Shown piece by piece: positions 25,930 through 39,525 of a DNA stretch of 64,000 nucleotides. Under the pieces are notes generated by a model, which worked only from the letters and a program-made list of their open reading frames with translations, was not told where the DNA came from and made no database searches. The stretch spans positions 24,120,001-24,184,000 of the forward strand of contig CM052818.1 of the NCBI GenBank assembly GCA_028534125.1. The letters are read 5' to 3'. A program made the translations under genes and the position numbers. This stretch comes from Lama glama. Lineage: Eukaryota. Each line of letters starts with the position of its first letter. Within the stretch, counting starts at the first letter, position 1.

Positions 25930-27239
25930 ATTTAAGTTTAATCCTTGGGTGTAAAGATAGAACTAGGGTTTCAGTATAATTTTTTCTTCTTCAAATAATG
26001 CAAAGAGGGAAGAGAGAGATCATCTTTCTGCACCAGTATTAATAACTATAGCTATCCTATGCTATGTAGTCCCTGGATTCTAAATAGATTGTATGAGACA
26101 GGCAGGAAAATACACCTTTTTGCAGCTGTGTTGTTCCTCCCAATGCCCTGGCCCTACTTCTAAGTGGCCAACTGCCCCTTGAATCTTCAAACTTTCCAGT
26201 TCAGCATGTTTTTTCTTATCTTTGTCCAAAATGCCTCATCTCAAACATGACCTCCCTTCTTTGTGACCTTCCTTAAGGCAATGATATAGCATCACTCTAA
26301 TTCATTTGTGACTCCTAGAGAGGTCTAGTCACATATTAGCCAACGTAGGCCTTCTTTCCAAATTTCTACCCAACGATTGAGGGTTAGGTCAAGAAGTTAG
26401 AATTATACACTATACCTTCACCATTTATATGGATTTTATTTCTTCTCCTTAGTTTTTCAAAGACAAAGTGAAAATCTCAAAACTATGCTCCTTGAACAAC
26501 AGGTAATTATTTAGTCTGAACTAAATGGTTATCATTATATATTTCTAAATTATTTTCAAAATGTATTACTCAGACTTCATATTATAGGTGGACATGTAGT
26601 AGGTACCAAACTATAGGGGCGCCTTTGGAATTCTAATCTTCTCTATCCCTCTGATGGAATTTATTAAATTGGGTTCTGTGACTACAGAGCACATAAGGGA
26701 TTTGCAAAAAGTTAATGTCTTTTTTGCACTTAAATCATTGCTCTACTTTTTTAAAAGTTTTCAAAGGACACAGGGGCAAAGATAATATACTTAGACCTAA
26801 TGCGCTGAAGTCTCCGATAGTTTCATTTTTTAGTAGAAAGAGACCATCTCATTTCTATCACACAGTTTCTTCCCGAATGAATGTCTTCCACATTGCCGTA
26901 TTGTGAAGCAATATGTTCTAAACATTAAATATGTTAACTTGCCTTGGGAATAGTGGCCACTCAGATTCCAGACACTATGTGATTTCATGTCACCTCTCCC
27001 TCATACATTATAAGCCACAAGGTTGATGCTGCCTTTGTAACAATAACTTAAAGGGCACATATTTATAAGATTATGGAAATAACTGTGGTAGTGTGTTTAA
27101 AATTGGGTTTTGCCACACATTTATGTGTTCCTAATTAACTTTGTTACTGAGTACCATATTTTTTGAAAATGTTCAAACTTTTTATAAACACTCTATATAT
27201 GATATATGTATATAAAGTAAAATATGTATGTGTATAATT

Positions 27240-27390
27240 TGTTGACTTCTTATTTATGCCCAGCCTTGTTAAAGGCAATTTACATTCATTATCTCATTTT
27301 TATCCCCATTAAAACACTCTGAAAAAAGAGGTTACTGAGGCACATAAAAATTAAACAGCTTTCCCCAAGTTATACAATTAGTGCAGAATT
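27240..27390 (-). mobile_element. MIR relic
   Basis: ttacattcattatctcattt...actgaggcacat...ccaagttatacaattagt. Confidence 0.6.
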
Positions 27391-27465
27391 GTATATGAAA
27401 TGAATTATATATGAAATGAATTATATATGAAAATGAAGTGAATTATACTATATTATGAAATGAAT
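27386..27465. repeat. Short tandem repeat, ~16 bp unit GAATTATATATGAAAT, ~4 degenerate copies
   Basis: Units start at 27386, 27402, 27418 and 27440. Confidence 0.85.
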
Positions 27466-28629
27466 CAGCGAAGATGGGTGCCAGTTAGGGGGTGCTGCAG
27501 CAGAATTTCATCACCAAACTTTACAACATCCTACTTGACATTTGACATTTGACAATAGTCCAGCATCTCACCCAGACAACATCCAGTACATGGAATTCAG
27601 AGGCCTATGCTCTGAGGGGAGGTGGTATAGTAAAGCTTCAAGCTTCAAACACCAGAAAAAGCCCTCTCCCCACTATCAGCCCTTCTGTAAGCAAGAGTCC
27701 AGCTCTCTAGTAGACAATTACAAAGAGCTCTGACATTTCAGTGGCTATGTATTTCCCACTGTCATCAGGAGACTAAAGCTGTATCAGATAAATTCCTCAT
27801 AATACTTTCTCAGTATTTTATATTGACAGATCAAATTAAACTTCATTCAAATTAAAATAAACTAAACCATGGAAAGCCCAAACTAATTCATTCATCATGA
27901 GTAAGGGGTGCTATTCTAGATGTTGTCATAGTTATTTTAGTCTGTACATCATACGATTTTCCGGAGAAGAAATAGTACATGTTGCATTCGTATTCTCTGC
28001 CAGGAAAAGATTAGAGAAAGAACACGCTGTATGATCTTCTGATTTTTATCACATTGATATAACCTACACCTCATCACATTACAACCTTGTTCAAGGTCTT
28101 TCAGAAACGATGATTTCAGTTTGAAGTCATTGAAGGGATCTTTCTAAACCTCTGGGATGTCCAGTCTGTTCTAGATGAGGATTTACTGGTCTGGATTCAT
28201 CCATCTATTCACTCCATTATCATTCTGTTTATTTCAGCTGCTTAAACAGTTACCTAAAGTTTCTACTATAAATTAGACTGCAACAAGAGTATTCAGAAAA
28301 AATACATATACATATATCAGTATTTGTTATTTCAGCAAAGAAAATCCTTTAGCTAAATAGACCTGAAATCTAGTCATTATCCTCTGTACAGTAGGGCTTG
28401 ATCTCTGTTACTGAGCAAAAGCGTTTATGTGTATATGTTCATGCAAAATAAATACCTTAAACAGATGAAACTATTTTATTTCAACCAATGTGATGTCAGT
28501 GTCACTTAGTTATATTTGATATTTGCAAGTGCTCTTCTTTGTTCTAAAAATGGGAGAGGGGGATAGAACAGAAGGGAATCTTAAAGAGTAGGTTATGATA
28601 ACATATCTCAAAGATTTTCAATCCAATAA

Positions 28630-28972
28630 AAAATAAGACAGAGAAAGACAACTGCTGCATGATATCATTTCTATGTGAAACCAAAAGTTTTTTTAAAATG
28701 CATATAACAAAGCAGAAACAGACTCACAGATATAGAGAGCAAACCAGCGGTTACTAACAGGGAGAGGGAAGGGGCGATGGAAAAGATAGGTGAAGGGGAT
28801 TAAGAGGCACAAACTACTATGTATGAAATAAATAAGCTAAAGGATACATTGTACAGCACAGGAAATATAGCCAATATTTTATAATAACTATAAATAGAAT
28901 ATGACCTCTAAAAATTGTGAATCATTACATTGTACACCTAAAAGTTATATAATATTATAAATCAACTATGCC
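28630..28972 (+). mobile_element. LINE-1 3' UTR fragment
   Basis: gacagagaaagacaa...gaaacagactcacagatatagag...tgtacagcacaggaaatatagccaatattt...aaatcaactat. Confidence 0.88.
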
Positions 28973-28985
28973 TCTCTCTCTCTCC

Positions 28986-29017
<32 letters not shown>

Positions 29018-29040
29018 ATATATATACACACACAAACACA
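28972..29040. repeat. Compound (CT)n-(TA)5-(CA)n microsatellite
   Basis: Direct read; sits where the L1 A tail would be. Confidence 0.92.
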
Positions 29041-29049
29041 AGCATAGAG

Positions 29050-29215
29050 AGTCTTACAGTATCACAGGAGGATGAAAAATAAAGATTGCTTTCCAACCCA
29101 TTTGACAGATACACAAACTGAGGCCAATGTTTTCCAAAAATTTCCCCTAGGTCATAGAGTGAAATTTTGGTAATCAGCATCTCTGTTAAGAGCACTCTCT
29201 GCTGTGAAGAATACA
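29050..29215 (-). mobile_element. MIR relic
   Basis: cccatttgacagatacacaaactgaggcc...cctaggtcataga. Confidence 0.6.
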
Positions 29216-30368
29216 GTAACAATCCTTACAAGACACTCTGTTATTAAGTACTCTCCTTTTTCATTCAAACTGGAAATGTAAGGATGCAAAGAAGGCAAGA
29301 TTAGTATGGAGAAAGTGGACTTGGGCAAGTTCCTGAAGGGTGGGAGTAATTTGAATGGAGAGAGAAAAGGGCATCTCAAGTGTGCAGGGTCAACTGATCA
29401 AAGGTGGGTTGGGAAACCACTGATTCACTTTATCGGAACAAGAATTTGTGCAAGAGAAGTAAGACTGAAGAGATGTTAGAAGTGCTTCTCAGTAAGACAA
29501 AGAAATCTGAAAGCCTAGTAATGCATTGCAGAAAATAGTAAAAGAACACAGATTACTCATTTTTCCAGCAGGTATAAACAGCAATCAGATGTGCTGTCCG
29601 ATTTCACCGTTTTGTAATTGACAACTAGTAGAGTCTTCCTCCTTTCAAGCATTCCACCCTTAGCTTACTATTTCTTCCTGTTTTTTTTTTCTTTTTCTTT
29701 CCTTCTTGGTGAATTGTTATTTCTGAGGATAGCTCTGTTTTTTAAAACTATGTAATTTCCATTTTCAAGAAAGAAAATCTAAGGTTTCAACCACTACCCT
29801 TCAGGTCAAAATTTTGAAACATTCCTTTTAATCACCAATCAATTAGAAATTAATTGAACAGCAAGTAAACCAGGAGAAAATCAGAAGGCTCAAAGTTTTG
29901 CTACATTAGACACTTTCATGACAGGAGCTAAAGAGGGTGATTTTTCAAATAATTTTCTCTGGAGCTCCAGCACCACAGGGGAGCTACTTCATACAGAGCA
30001 GCTACACTTCTATTTGTTTTATATTTGAAATACTAAATAAATGTTTATTTGGAAAAAAAATGGCTTCAATGCCAGCCCATTTTTATTCTGCCCTGAGTTC
30101 AACACTGCCTCTCATCCGGATTTTCTTTTTTTAATGCATTAAATGATGGGCTCAGGTTTTCAATTATTTCAGCTAAGGAGAACACATTTAAGACCAACTC
30201 ACAGAACATGCTGGAGGATTTCATCAATCTGAAATCTTTGTTAACAGACTGAAACAACAAACCTGAATAGAAAAATGACATGTTAGAGCCATGCTGAAGA
30301 CATGTAATAATTAAGAGACAAAAATAAGTTTATTTCTCAAAATTCTGGTAGAGCATAATTGCTACTTT

Positions 30369-31626
30369 TTTGTCATTGAAGTATTGTTGATTTATAATGT
30401 GTTAATTTCTGGTGTACAGCATAGTGATTCAGTTTATATATATATATATATATATATTCCTTTTCATATTTTTTTATTATAGGCCATTACAAGGTATTGA
30501 ATATAGTTCCCTGTGCTATACAGTAGGACCTTGCTGTTTATCTATTTTATATATAGTAGTTTGTATCTGCTAATCCCAAACTTCCAATTCATCTTTCCAC
30601 TCCCCTCTTCCCCACTAGTCACCACAAGTTTGTTTATTATGTCTGTGGGTCTGTTTCTGTTTTATAAATAAGTTCATTTGTCTCATTTTTTTAAGATTCC
30701 ACATATAAGTAATATCATGTGGTGTTTTTCTTTCTTTCTGTCTTATTTCACTTAGTATGATAATCTCTAAGTTCATTCATGCTGCTGCAAATTGCAAATA
30801 GCATAATTTAATTCTTTTTTTAATGGCTGAGTGATATTTTACTGTATATATTATACCATAACTTCTTTATCCAATCTTCTGTCAATAGACATTTAGGTGG
30901 TTTCTATGTCTTGGCTATTGTATACAGTGCTGCTGTGAACATTGGGGTGCATGTATCTATTCAAGTTAGCATTTCCTCCAGATATAAGCCCAGGAGTGGG
31001 ATTGCTGGATTATATGGTAAATCTATTTTTAGTTTTTAAAGGAATCTCCATACTGTTTTCCATAATGGCTACACCAAACTATATTCCCACCAACAGTGTA
31101 GGAGGGTTCCCTTTTCTCCACACCCTCTTCAGCATTTATTATTTGTGGACTTTTTAATGATGGCCATTTGAACTGATATGAGGTGATACCTCATTGAAAT
31201 TTTGATATGTATTTCTCTAATAATTAGTGACACTGAACATTTTTTCATGTGCCTATTGGTCACTTGTATGTCTTCATTGGAGAAATGTTTGTTTAGGTCT
31301 TTTGCCCATTTTTTGATAAACATACAGTTTACCAAAACTGAATCAAGAAGAAATAGATAATGTGAACAGACTGATCACTAGAAGTGACAAAAGTCCAGTA
31401 CCAGATGGCTTCACCAGGGAATTCTACCAAACATACAAAAAACAAAAAAACAAAAAAAACCTTATACCAATCCTTCTCAAACTTTTCCAAAAGATTGAAG
31501 AGGAGGGCACACATTCTATGAAGCCACCATCACCCTGGTGCCAAAACCAGACAAAGACACTGCCAAAAGAGAAAATTACAAGCCAATATCTTTGATGAAC
31601 ATAACAAAAATTCTCAACAACGATTA
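30369..31626 (-). mobile_element. LINE-1 with 5' inversion (3' part on - at ~30369-31320; inverted ORF2 segment on + at ~31321-31626)
   Basis: Minus part encodes [12 protein letters not shown]...; plus part encodes [14 protein letters not shown]...[24 protein letters not shown] at 30361-30368 and 31627-31634. Confidence 0.88.
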
Positions 31627-31699
31627 GCTACTTTGAATATTGAATGTTATTATCTATGCATGTAAAATCTTAGCACAAATAATGAAAAAAATTAAAATG

Positions 31700-33290
31700 A
31701 TGTATTAAGTTTCCAAAATAGTAGAGGGGAACATTTGAGTTAAATAAAAAGAAAAGCACAGTCAAGCAAAAAAATACGCATATATAGGTGAGAAAAAAAG
31801 AAGTCAAATAGTAGAAAAATAAAAGGAAAAGATAAGAAGATAGCAAAAATCCAATATCATTATCCTAACAAATTAATGTAGCACGGTCTTCTGTGAAACC
31901 AAAAATTGTCAGAATGATTTTTTTCCTGAGATATATGAGGGTTATAAGAATCATATTAAAAATAATTTCAAAACTGTAAAGCTGCAAAATATGAAATTGC
32001 AATCATAAATTTTAAAATACAACAGCATGGTTAGAGATTTTATCACACTTCTCTCAGTAATCATAGACAAAGCAAACAGAAAAACCAGGAAGAATATATA
32101 ACATCTGAACTACATGGTTAGCAAACACAATCTGATAGACACATAAAATCTTGCAGCAAACAATTGGAAAATGTTTTGTTTCAGGCATGCAGGCAAATGA
32201 ATAAATATCGGTCACATTCTAGACATAAACACAAATCTCAACATTTTCAAACCCCAGTAACCATATGAAACACGTTCCTAACAATGAAGTTGGGTTAGAT
32301 ATAAATAAGGAAAATGTTTTTTTAAAAAAGAAACTATGCACTCGAAAAAATTGTTTTAATTTAGCTGATAGACCAACTTTTATAAATAATCAATAAAATA
32401 TTACTTCTCAAAACTTATGGTATGCATGTAGAGCTGTACAGTGAGGAAAACTTAAAGACTTCATACAACAGATTACATTAGAAAAGATTAAATGTTGAAA
32501 AATGAGCTAAGAATGTTAGACATGAAAAAGAGAATAACCACAGAAACAGCAGAGGTTAAAAGAAAATGAAAACTGACAGTTTATAATCAGATATTAATAG
32601 CAGGAGAAACCCATGTTCCAAGAAAAATGTATAGTATAAAATAATGACAAAAAAAGAAAATGGAAGTCCTTAATAATACTATAATAGTAATCAGTGTGTT
32701 TATAACACAGAGAACTTGCACATATGTTCTTTGGGAAACACCTCCCACCACTCCCCTGCAAAAATATGCGTAGGCAGCATTGTTCATGGTCGTTAAAAAT
32801 GGCAAACAACTCAAATGCCCATGAACAGAAGAATACATAGAAAAATGATGACATATTTACGCATAGAATATACACAATAGTAAAAGTGAATGAACTATGT
32901 CTCCCCTAGTCAACGTGGGTGAATCTAATACATGAAAAGCTGAGCAAAACAGCAGCTCTTAGACTTTCCATGCTATATGGCTCTGTACACATACCAAGTT
33001 TAAAAAGTGCCATGATACAAAAACAAAACAAAACAAAACAAAACACGTATTTTAGAATGTACACACTTTTGGTGAAAACAAGAAAAACAAGGGGCTAACA
33101 ACACAAAATCTGCTCTGAAGGAGAAGGAAGAAAGGGAACAGAACTGGGGAGAGAATTGGAGGGTTTAAGTCTTAGTGGCAATGTTTTATTTCTTAAGTTG
33201 TGTACATAGGTATACAGGTGTTTATGTTGGTACTACCATTTAAAATATGCATATGTGTTATAAATATTTTCTGTGTATGATTTATTGCTT
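31700..33290 (+). mobile_element. Ancient degraded L1 (L1ME-type) ORF2 and 3' UTR relic
   Basis: gagattttatcacacttctctcagtaat...agacataaacacaaatctcaaca...tcaaaacttatgg...ggcaaacaactcaaatgcccat...aatgttttatttcttaagttg; includes (CAAAA)n near 33020-33045. Confidence 0.7.
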
Positions 33291-33539
33291 ATACCAACAA
33301 ATTGAATTCTTCACAACTTCATAGGGGATTGATATATCTACTAAATTCTATCTCTTCATTAAATTCCTCTTCATTTTCAGCCTCCCAGGAGCCTCATCTT
33401 CTTAATAAAGGACTTTCTGAGTACAAATTCAATTCCTCTCACCTGAGGACCACAGCCATCTCCACTACAATGCTCAAGCACTAAACCGTCTCCATGTGCA
33501 TGTATGTATCCTCACAGCGCTCTGTGTGCCACTCTACTT

Positions 33540-33760
33540 TGATGCTTACGTCACAGAATTCCAAACATGGGTTTATGTACCTTTCTTTCCTATAACACAG
33601 CGACCTAATTTCCCACAAAAACTATGTCTAAATTCATTTTTGTAACCCTAGAAGCCCAACGTGATACCTGAAATATGGCCAATGCTCTGTAAACCTGTTA
33701 CCTGTTGGATAGTTGGATGTATGGTAAAATGGGTGGGGGAATGGATGGATAGATGGATAA
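33540..33760 (+). mobile_element. L2 3' end relic with TGGA-rich tail
   Basis: ttcatttttgtaaccctag...cctgaaatatggccaatgctc...tggatggatagatgga. Confidence 0.5.
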
Positions 33761-34192
33761 ATAAAAGAAGTCATTAATGTTTTATACATTTTAGTGCATT
33801 GTTTTATTTGGCTTAGATTTATTTTGGATAAGCATGATTTCTAGTACTGTATCCATCTATCAGAGTACTTTCCACTTGATCAGATATTTATCATGCACTA
33901 GAGTAGAACATTCATATTTTCATTAGTGAAACTTATGAAATGATCTTCCATAGATGAATAAAAAGTATGTAATTAGATAAAACTTTGTAGCAAGTTTAAA
34001 TTTGAGGATTAACTTTTCATTGGGACTTTAACGTGGCTCAATCATTGCTTTAAGATAAGTCATGTATCTAAATTCAATGAAGGGGAACACTATTTACAAA
34101 TAAATATCTTTTAAAATTTTCCATTATAATTCATCTCATATATTTCAGAAGTGCCTCTCATCCTTCAAGCTTTAAAAATAATCCACCATGAA

Positions 34193-35600
34193 CACTGATT
34201 AAGGAAATTAAAGAAGACTTAAAAAAATGGAAATATATCCCATGCTCCTGGATTAGAAGAATCAATATTGTTAAAATGATGATACTGCTTAAGGCAATCT
34301 ACAGATTTAATGCAATCCCTATCAAATTACCCAGGACATATTTCACAGAACTAGAACAAATCATAATAAAATTTATATGGAACCACAAAAGGCCTAGAAT
34401 TGCCAAAGCATTACTGGTGAAAAAGAAAGAGGCTGGAGGAATAACTCTCCCAGACTTCAGACAATACTACAGGGCTACAGTAATCAAGACAGCATGGTAT
34501 TGGTACAAAAACAGACATATGGACCAATGGAACAGAACAGAGAGCCCAGAAATAAACCCACAAACTTTTGGTCAATTAATCTTCAACAAAGGAGTCAAGA
34601 ATATACAATGGAATAAAGACAATCTCTTCAGCAAATGGTGTTGGGAAAACTGGACAGCAGCATGTAAAACAATGAAGCTACAAACTCCCTTACACCATAC
34701 CCAAAAAATAAACTCAAAATGGATCAAAAAAAGACTTAAATATAAGACAAGATACAATAAACCTCTTAGAAGAAAATATAGGCAAAACATTACCTGACAT
34801 ACATCTCAAAAATGTTCTTCTAGAACAGTCTACCCAAGCAATAGAAATAAAAGCAAAAATAAACAAATGGACCTAATGAAACTTACAAACTTCTGCACAG
34901 CAAAGGTAACCATAAGTAAAACAAAAAGACAACCTACGGAATGGGAGAAAATTTTTGCAAATGAAACTGACAAAGGCTTGATTTGCCAAAATATATAAGC
35001 AGCTCATATGACTGAATAAGAAAAAAAACAAACAACCCAATCCAAAAATGGGCAGAAGACCTAAACAAGCAATTCTCCAAGGAAGACATACAAATGATCA
35101 ATAGGCACATGAAAAAATGCTCAATATCACTAATTATCAGAAAAACGCAAATCAAAACTACAAAGAGGTATCACCTCACACCAGTCAGAACGGTCATCAT
35201 TCAAAAGTCCAGAAATGACAAATGCTGGAGATGCTGTACAGAAAAGGGAACCCTCCTTCACTGCTGGTGGGAATGCAGTTTGGTGTAGCCACTGTGGAAA
35301 ACAGTATGGAGATTCCTCAAAAGACTAGGAATAGACTTACCATATGACCCAGGAATCCTGCCCCTGGGCATATATCCAGAAGGAACCCTACTTCAAAATG
35401 ACACCTGCACCCCAATGTTCATAGCAGCACTATTTACAATAGCCAAGACATGGAAACAGCCTAAGTGTCCAATAACAGATGACTGAATAAAGAAGAGGTG
35501 GTATACTTATACAATGGAATACTATTCAGCCATAAAAACCGACAACATAACGCCATTTGCAGCAACATGGATGTTCCTGGAGAATGTCATTCTATGTGAA
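34193..35600 (+). pseudogene. Disrupted L1 ORF2p C-terminal coding remnant
   Basis: [52 protein letters not shown]..; frameshifts near 34680-34735; later [23 protein letters not shown]. Confidence 0.92.
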
Positions 35601-35960
35601 GTCAGCCAGAAAGAGAAAGAAAAATACCATATGAGATCGCTCATATGCAGAATCTAAAAAAAAGAAACATAAATACAAAACAGAAGCAGACTCACAGACA
35701 TAGAATACAATCTTGTGGTTGCCAGGGGAACCGAGGGTGGGAAGGGACAGACTGGGATTTCAAAATGTAGAACAGATAAACAAGATTGTACTGTGTAGCA
35801 CAGGGAAATATATACAGGATCTTGTGGTGGCTCACAGAGAAAGAGAATGTGACAATGAATGTATGTATGTTCATGTATAACTGAAATGTTGTGCTCTACA
35901 CTGGAATTTGACACAACATTGTAAAATGACTATAACTCAATAAAAAATGTTAAAAAAAAT
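34193..35960 (+). mobile_element. Young 5'-truncated LINE-1 (1.77 kb) with perfect 16-bp TSD
   Basis: AATAATCCACCATGAA at 34177-34192 and 35961-35976; TTT/AAAAA endonuclease-type site; ORF2 C-terminal homology; AATAAA and A tail. Confidence 0.97.
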
Positions 35961-36189
35961 AATAATCCACCATGAAAATGTTGAGATTAATTCAGAAGTT
36001 ACATTGTAAATAAGTAGACTATTTTGCCTATGTGGTACAAGTCTTTCCAATATTGTGCAATGTACTGCTTTATATATGAAAGCTCTGATGGCTATAAAAG
36101 GTGATTTGGCAACATAGAAACATAACTTAGCTATAGATAAGAATATAAAGTTAGAAAAGGGACTATAACCTAGATCACAATAGAAATAA

Positions 36190-36400
36190 TGATGACAACC
36201 AGCACATAAAAACTCTAATATGTTTAGCTAAGCAAGGAGTTGTGTTCTTTATTTCCATTTTCTCATTGAAATCTCATGGTAATCATCAACCTCACATATA
36301 AGGAAACTGGGCTCAAAGTTTAACATCTCACAGTAAGAAGAGAATCTTAAATCAAGGGCTAACTTCAGCCTTCTTCTTTGCCTAAATGTTCTTTTTGGTT
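36190..36400 (-). mobile_element. MIR relic
   Basis: ataaggaaactgggctcaaagtttaac...cacagtaag. Confidence 0.55.
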
Positions 36401-36939
36401 TGCAGTAATGTTTCTCTCTTCTTTGGAATTTCATAGTTTCAATTTTTTAAGATGTGATATTTTACTTAAAAATATATTGGAATTCAACTTTCTTTTAATT
36501 TTGTAAGTTATTATTTAGCAATATGATTATAGAACTAAAGGAAACAATGCTGAAGTAACAAATTTGAGTTAAAATCATACCTTAATTTCATAACTGAACT
36601 CTTTCCTGGTTTTTGCATAATCTTGTTTTTCCTTCTGCATCAGCCTTTGATCTAGTTTTCTGTACTTGGTAATCTGTTGACCAGGAAAAAGATGTAATTC
36701 TAAAAACCATCCTAGGTTGGCCTAAAACAACCATGAGTTTGTTCTTAAGACCACTCAGGAAAATTCTCAAGCTTTACCAATGGCTCACATAGACCAGATG
36801 CTGATCACAATATGTACACAGAGATGACCAAATGACATACTTATTCCTAAATATTCTGGTTGTCAGGATATGCACCCAGAGTTTGACTAATATGATTTCT
36901 GTCAGGGACATAATTATAACAGTATTTATGGTCAGTTCC

Positions 36940-37350
36940 TCATTCATTTGTTCAACAGAAATTTATTGATAGACTGCTATGTATGAGACAAAATGAAAAG
37001 TCACTGGGCATGCAAGCAGTGAAAAAACCAGGTACAGTGTCTACCCTTCTGTAGGTTACATTCTGGAACACTGCTGATGGTCAAGGCACTGACAGTAAGA
37101 ACAAACCGTTTATTAAGCAATCACTAAAAGCCTGAACCACACTAATGGTTTCGAATACAGTAGTTTATGTTGAGCCTTAGAAGCTCTGCTAAGCGTGTAT
37201 AAACATCCCCATTTAACAGATAAGAAATGGAGATCCAGGTGGTTTTGTTGAACTACCCAGGATCACTGACTAGCAAGGAATGGAGCTGGAATTCAACACA
37301 CATTTTATCCGCTTTCATACTCAACATTCACAACCACTGCTCTACTAAGC
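36940..37350 (-). mobile_element. L2 3' end (36940-37070) followed by MIR (37090-37350)
   Basis: cattcatttgttcaacagaaatttattga...; cccatttaacagataagaaatggaga...ggagctggaattcaa. Confidence 0.7.
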
Positions 37351-38043
37351 CTCCCCGTGTTAGTGCAACCTTTAAAAATAAACAAAACTGTCTGTATGAA
37401 TGAGTGCTTTTTTAAAAAACCAAAAAAACCCCAATATATTTGTATCTAATCTTTTCATAGAAAATCATAAAAGTAAACAAGATATTCAGCAAATACAGGG
37501 ATTGCTACAAAATCATTTACAGAGGTTTTTTTTTTTTACCAAAAAATAAACAATTTCAGAAAGAAAACAACCAAGGATTTTTAAGAGTACTGGAATTATT
37601 TTCCTGAAAAACAACTGATTTGATTTGATTTGATAAATTTTATCTTGAGCAATACTACAACTGGGGGATTCAGGAATCTATTACTAAAAGAGTATTTGCT
37701 GTAAGACTTTAATACAATTCTTTTTCAACAATCAAAATATTTCTCTCTTCTTCCTCTTGTTTTATTCAGTGTACTAAATTTTAGTACCTAAATGCCTGAC
37801 CTCAGAGCAACATATTTTCATATTTGGTACAAAAGACCTGAATGTAAATGAAATAGGTAAATTCTGTTCTGAGACTTTAAGCTTTTCTTAGAAGCCTTAA
37901 AGAGGAATAAATTTGAAGACTTGTTTCCCTATTCTTTAATTTTTTATCATTCACTGAGAATAGAATATGTGCATAAAATGAAGCTAATGAATTAATTTTT
38001 ATAAAACCACAAGCCATTCTTTATTTAGTACTTAAATTAGGTC

Positions 38044-38167
38044 TTTTTTTTTCCTACTAGTATAGTCGATTTACAATGTTGTGTTAATTTCTGGTGTACA
38101 GCACAGTGATTCATTTATGAACATTTATATATATATTCCTTTTCATATTCTTTTCCATTATAGGCCA
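38044..38167 (-). mobile_element. Very short (~125 bp) L1 3' end with degenerate TSD
   Basis: Closely similar to 30369-30487; TATTTAGTACTTAAATT 38022-38038 vs TATTTAGTACCTAAGTT 38168-38184. Confidence 0.85.
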
Positions 38168-38184
38168 TATTTAGTACCTAAGTT

Positions 38185-38620
38185 CAGTTTATTAAGCATT
38201 CACTTTTTCCAGGCACTGTAGTCAAGAGAAGGGATATCACGGTAAATAAAGCCACATACTCTGTCTCAATGAAGAAAAGCAATGCGACAGTAAGCCAGTA
38301 ATAAGTCAGAGTAGACTATACTAAGGGCTGTCCACAGAGATCTGTAGCGGAAATCACATTGGCACATGAAAACAAGACCACAGGACAAGCAGTCAAACGG
38401 GTGAGGCGGCCCAGAAGTGCTGTTTGCCTTGGACTTGAACTACAATTAGGGATGTGCTCATGTGCCCAAGAATAGTAAGGTGCTTAACACAGAAGGAAGA
38501 GCAAGGGTCCAGAGATGCTGGTGAGTGAATGAACAAACCTACGAGGCCGCTAGTCATTCCATGGCACCAGCGACCACAGGACAGGAGAAGGGAAGGGTAC
38601 CAGATAATGGGGTTAGAGGA
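38185..38620 (-). mobile_element. L2 relic
   Basis: tttattaagcattcactttttccaggcactgt...gtaaataaag. Confidence 0.55.
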
Positions 38621-39329
38621 GTCAGGTCACTTCACTTTCTAAGTGTTTCAGGAGTAACCGCTAAAGTAAGAGAAACAAGACCCTGCTTGGTTGCTTGCAC
38701 TTCAGAATATGGGAGGTGTGAGGGAAGGAGAAAGTGAAGGGAGAAAGGGAAAAAAGGAGATTTTCTTTTGTTTTCTAAAAAATACTGTTTTGATATCAGA
38801 TACAAGTGGGTCCGTGGCATAGCTACAGTGCAGCGTTGAGGCTCTGCCCGATGCCTTTTCTTTCCAGAGTTTGGAGAATTTAATGCAGGACGCGTAGTCT
38901 TGTTTGCTACCAGGTGTGTGTGTGTTGAGGGTGAGGAGGACTGGAAGTAGCATCTAGCGTTTGCAACCATATTTAATTCAACTATTATCGCTCAGTGCCT
39001 AAAGAGACATGAATCAAGGTTTATTTGAATGCTTTGCCAGCCCTTGAAGGAGTTACTTATTTAAAAGTCTTCGGTCTATTCAGACATCAAGATCCCAGAG
39101 CTCAGGTAAAATTTCAGCCCCATTATCTGCAAACAGTCAGTACTTCTGAGTGCACTTAAAATCTCTGAAGAAGAGAAAATGTGCTACTCTACAAGCAGGA
39201 AGCACACCTCCTAGGTACAGATGTAGCTGAATTGTAAAAAGAAGGAATGGATTTCAGAGGGGGCTATTCAGTGATTGGACAGTACCTATGGCTTCTGTTG
39301 CTGGAAGAACTGTGTTGGTGAAGACCCTG

Positions 39330-39525
39330 AAAACTGGTTTATATATCACTGCGTGTATCACAACACAATGCTTTCATCTACTTTATTTTATTTAGTTCTC
39401 ATAAGCATTGGCAGATGCGGGAAGAAGTTCAAAGTGGCTATTTTGCCTGAGGAAACATAGTAACAAGAGGCAAAGTCAGGACTTAAAGATGTTGTGATTT
39501 CAAGGTCAGGGCTCTTTTCATTACC
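39330..39525 (-). mobile_element. MIR relic
   Basis: ttgcctgaggaaacatagtaacaagaggcaaagtcaggactt. Confidence 0.5.

Noticed and set aside
27386..27465. CRISPR-like repeat
   Set aside because: Head-to-tail AT-rich units with no unique spacers
34276..34797. 173-aa ORF as a functional CDS
   Set aside because: Internal fragment of a 5'-truncated L1 ORF2 with frameshifts
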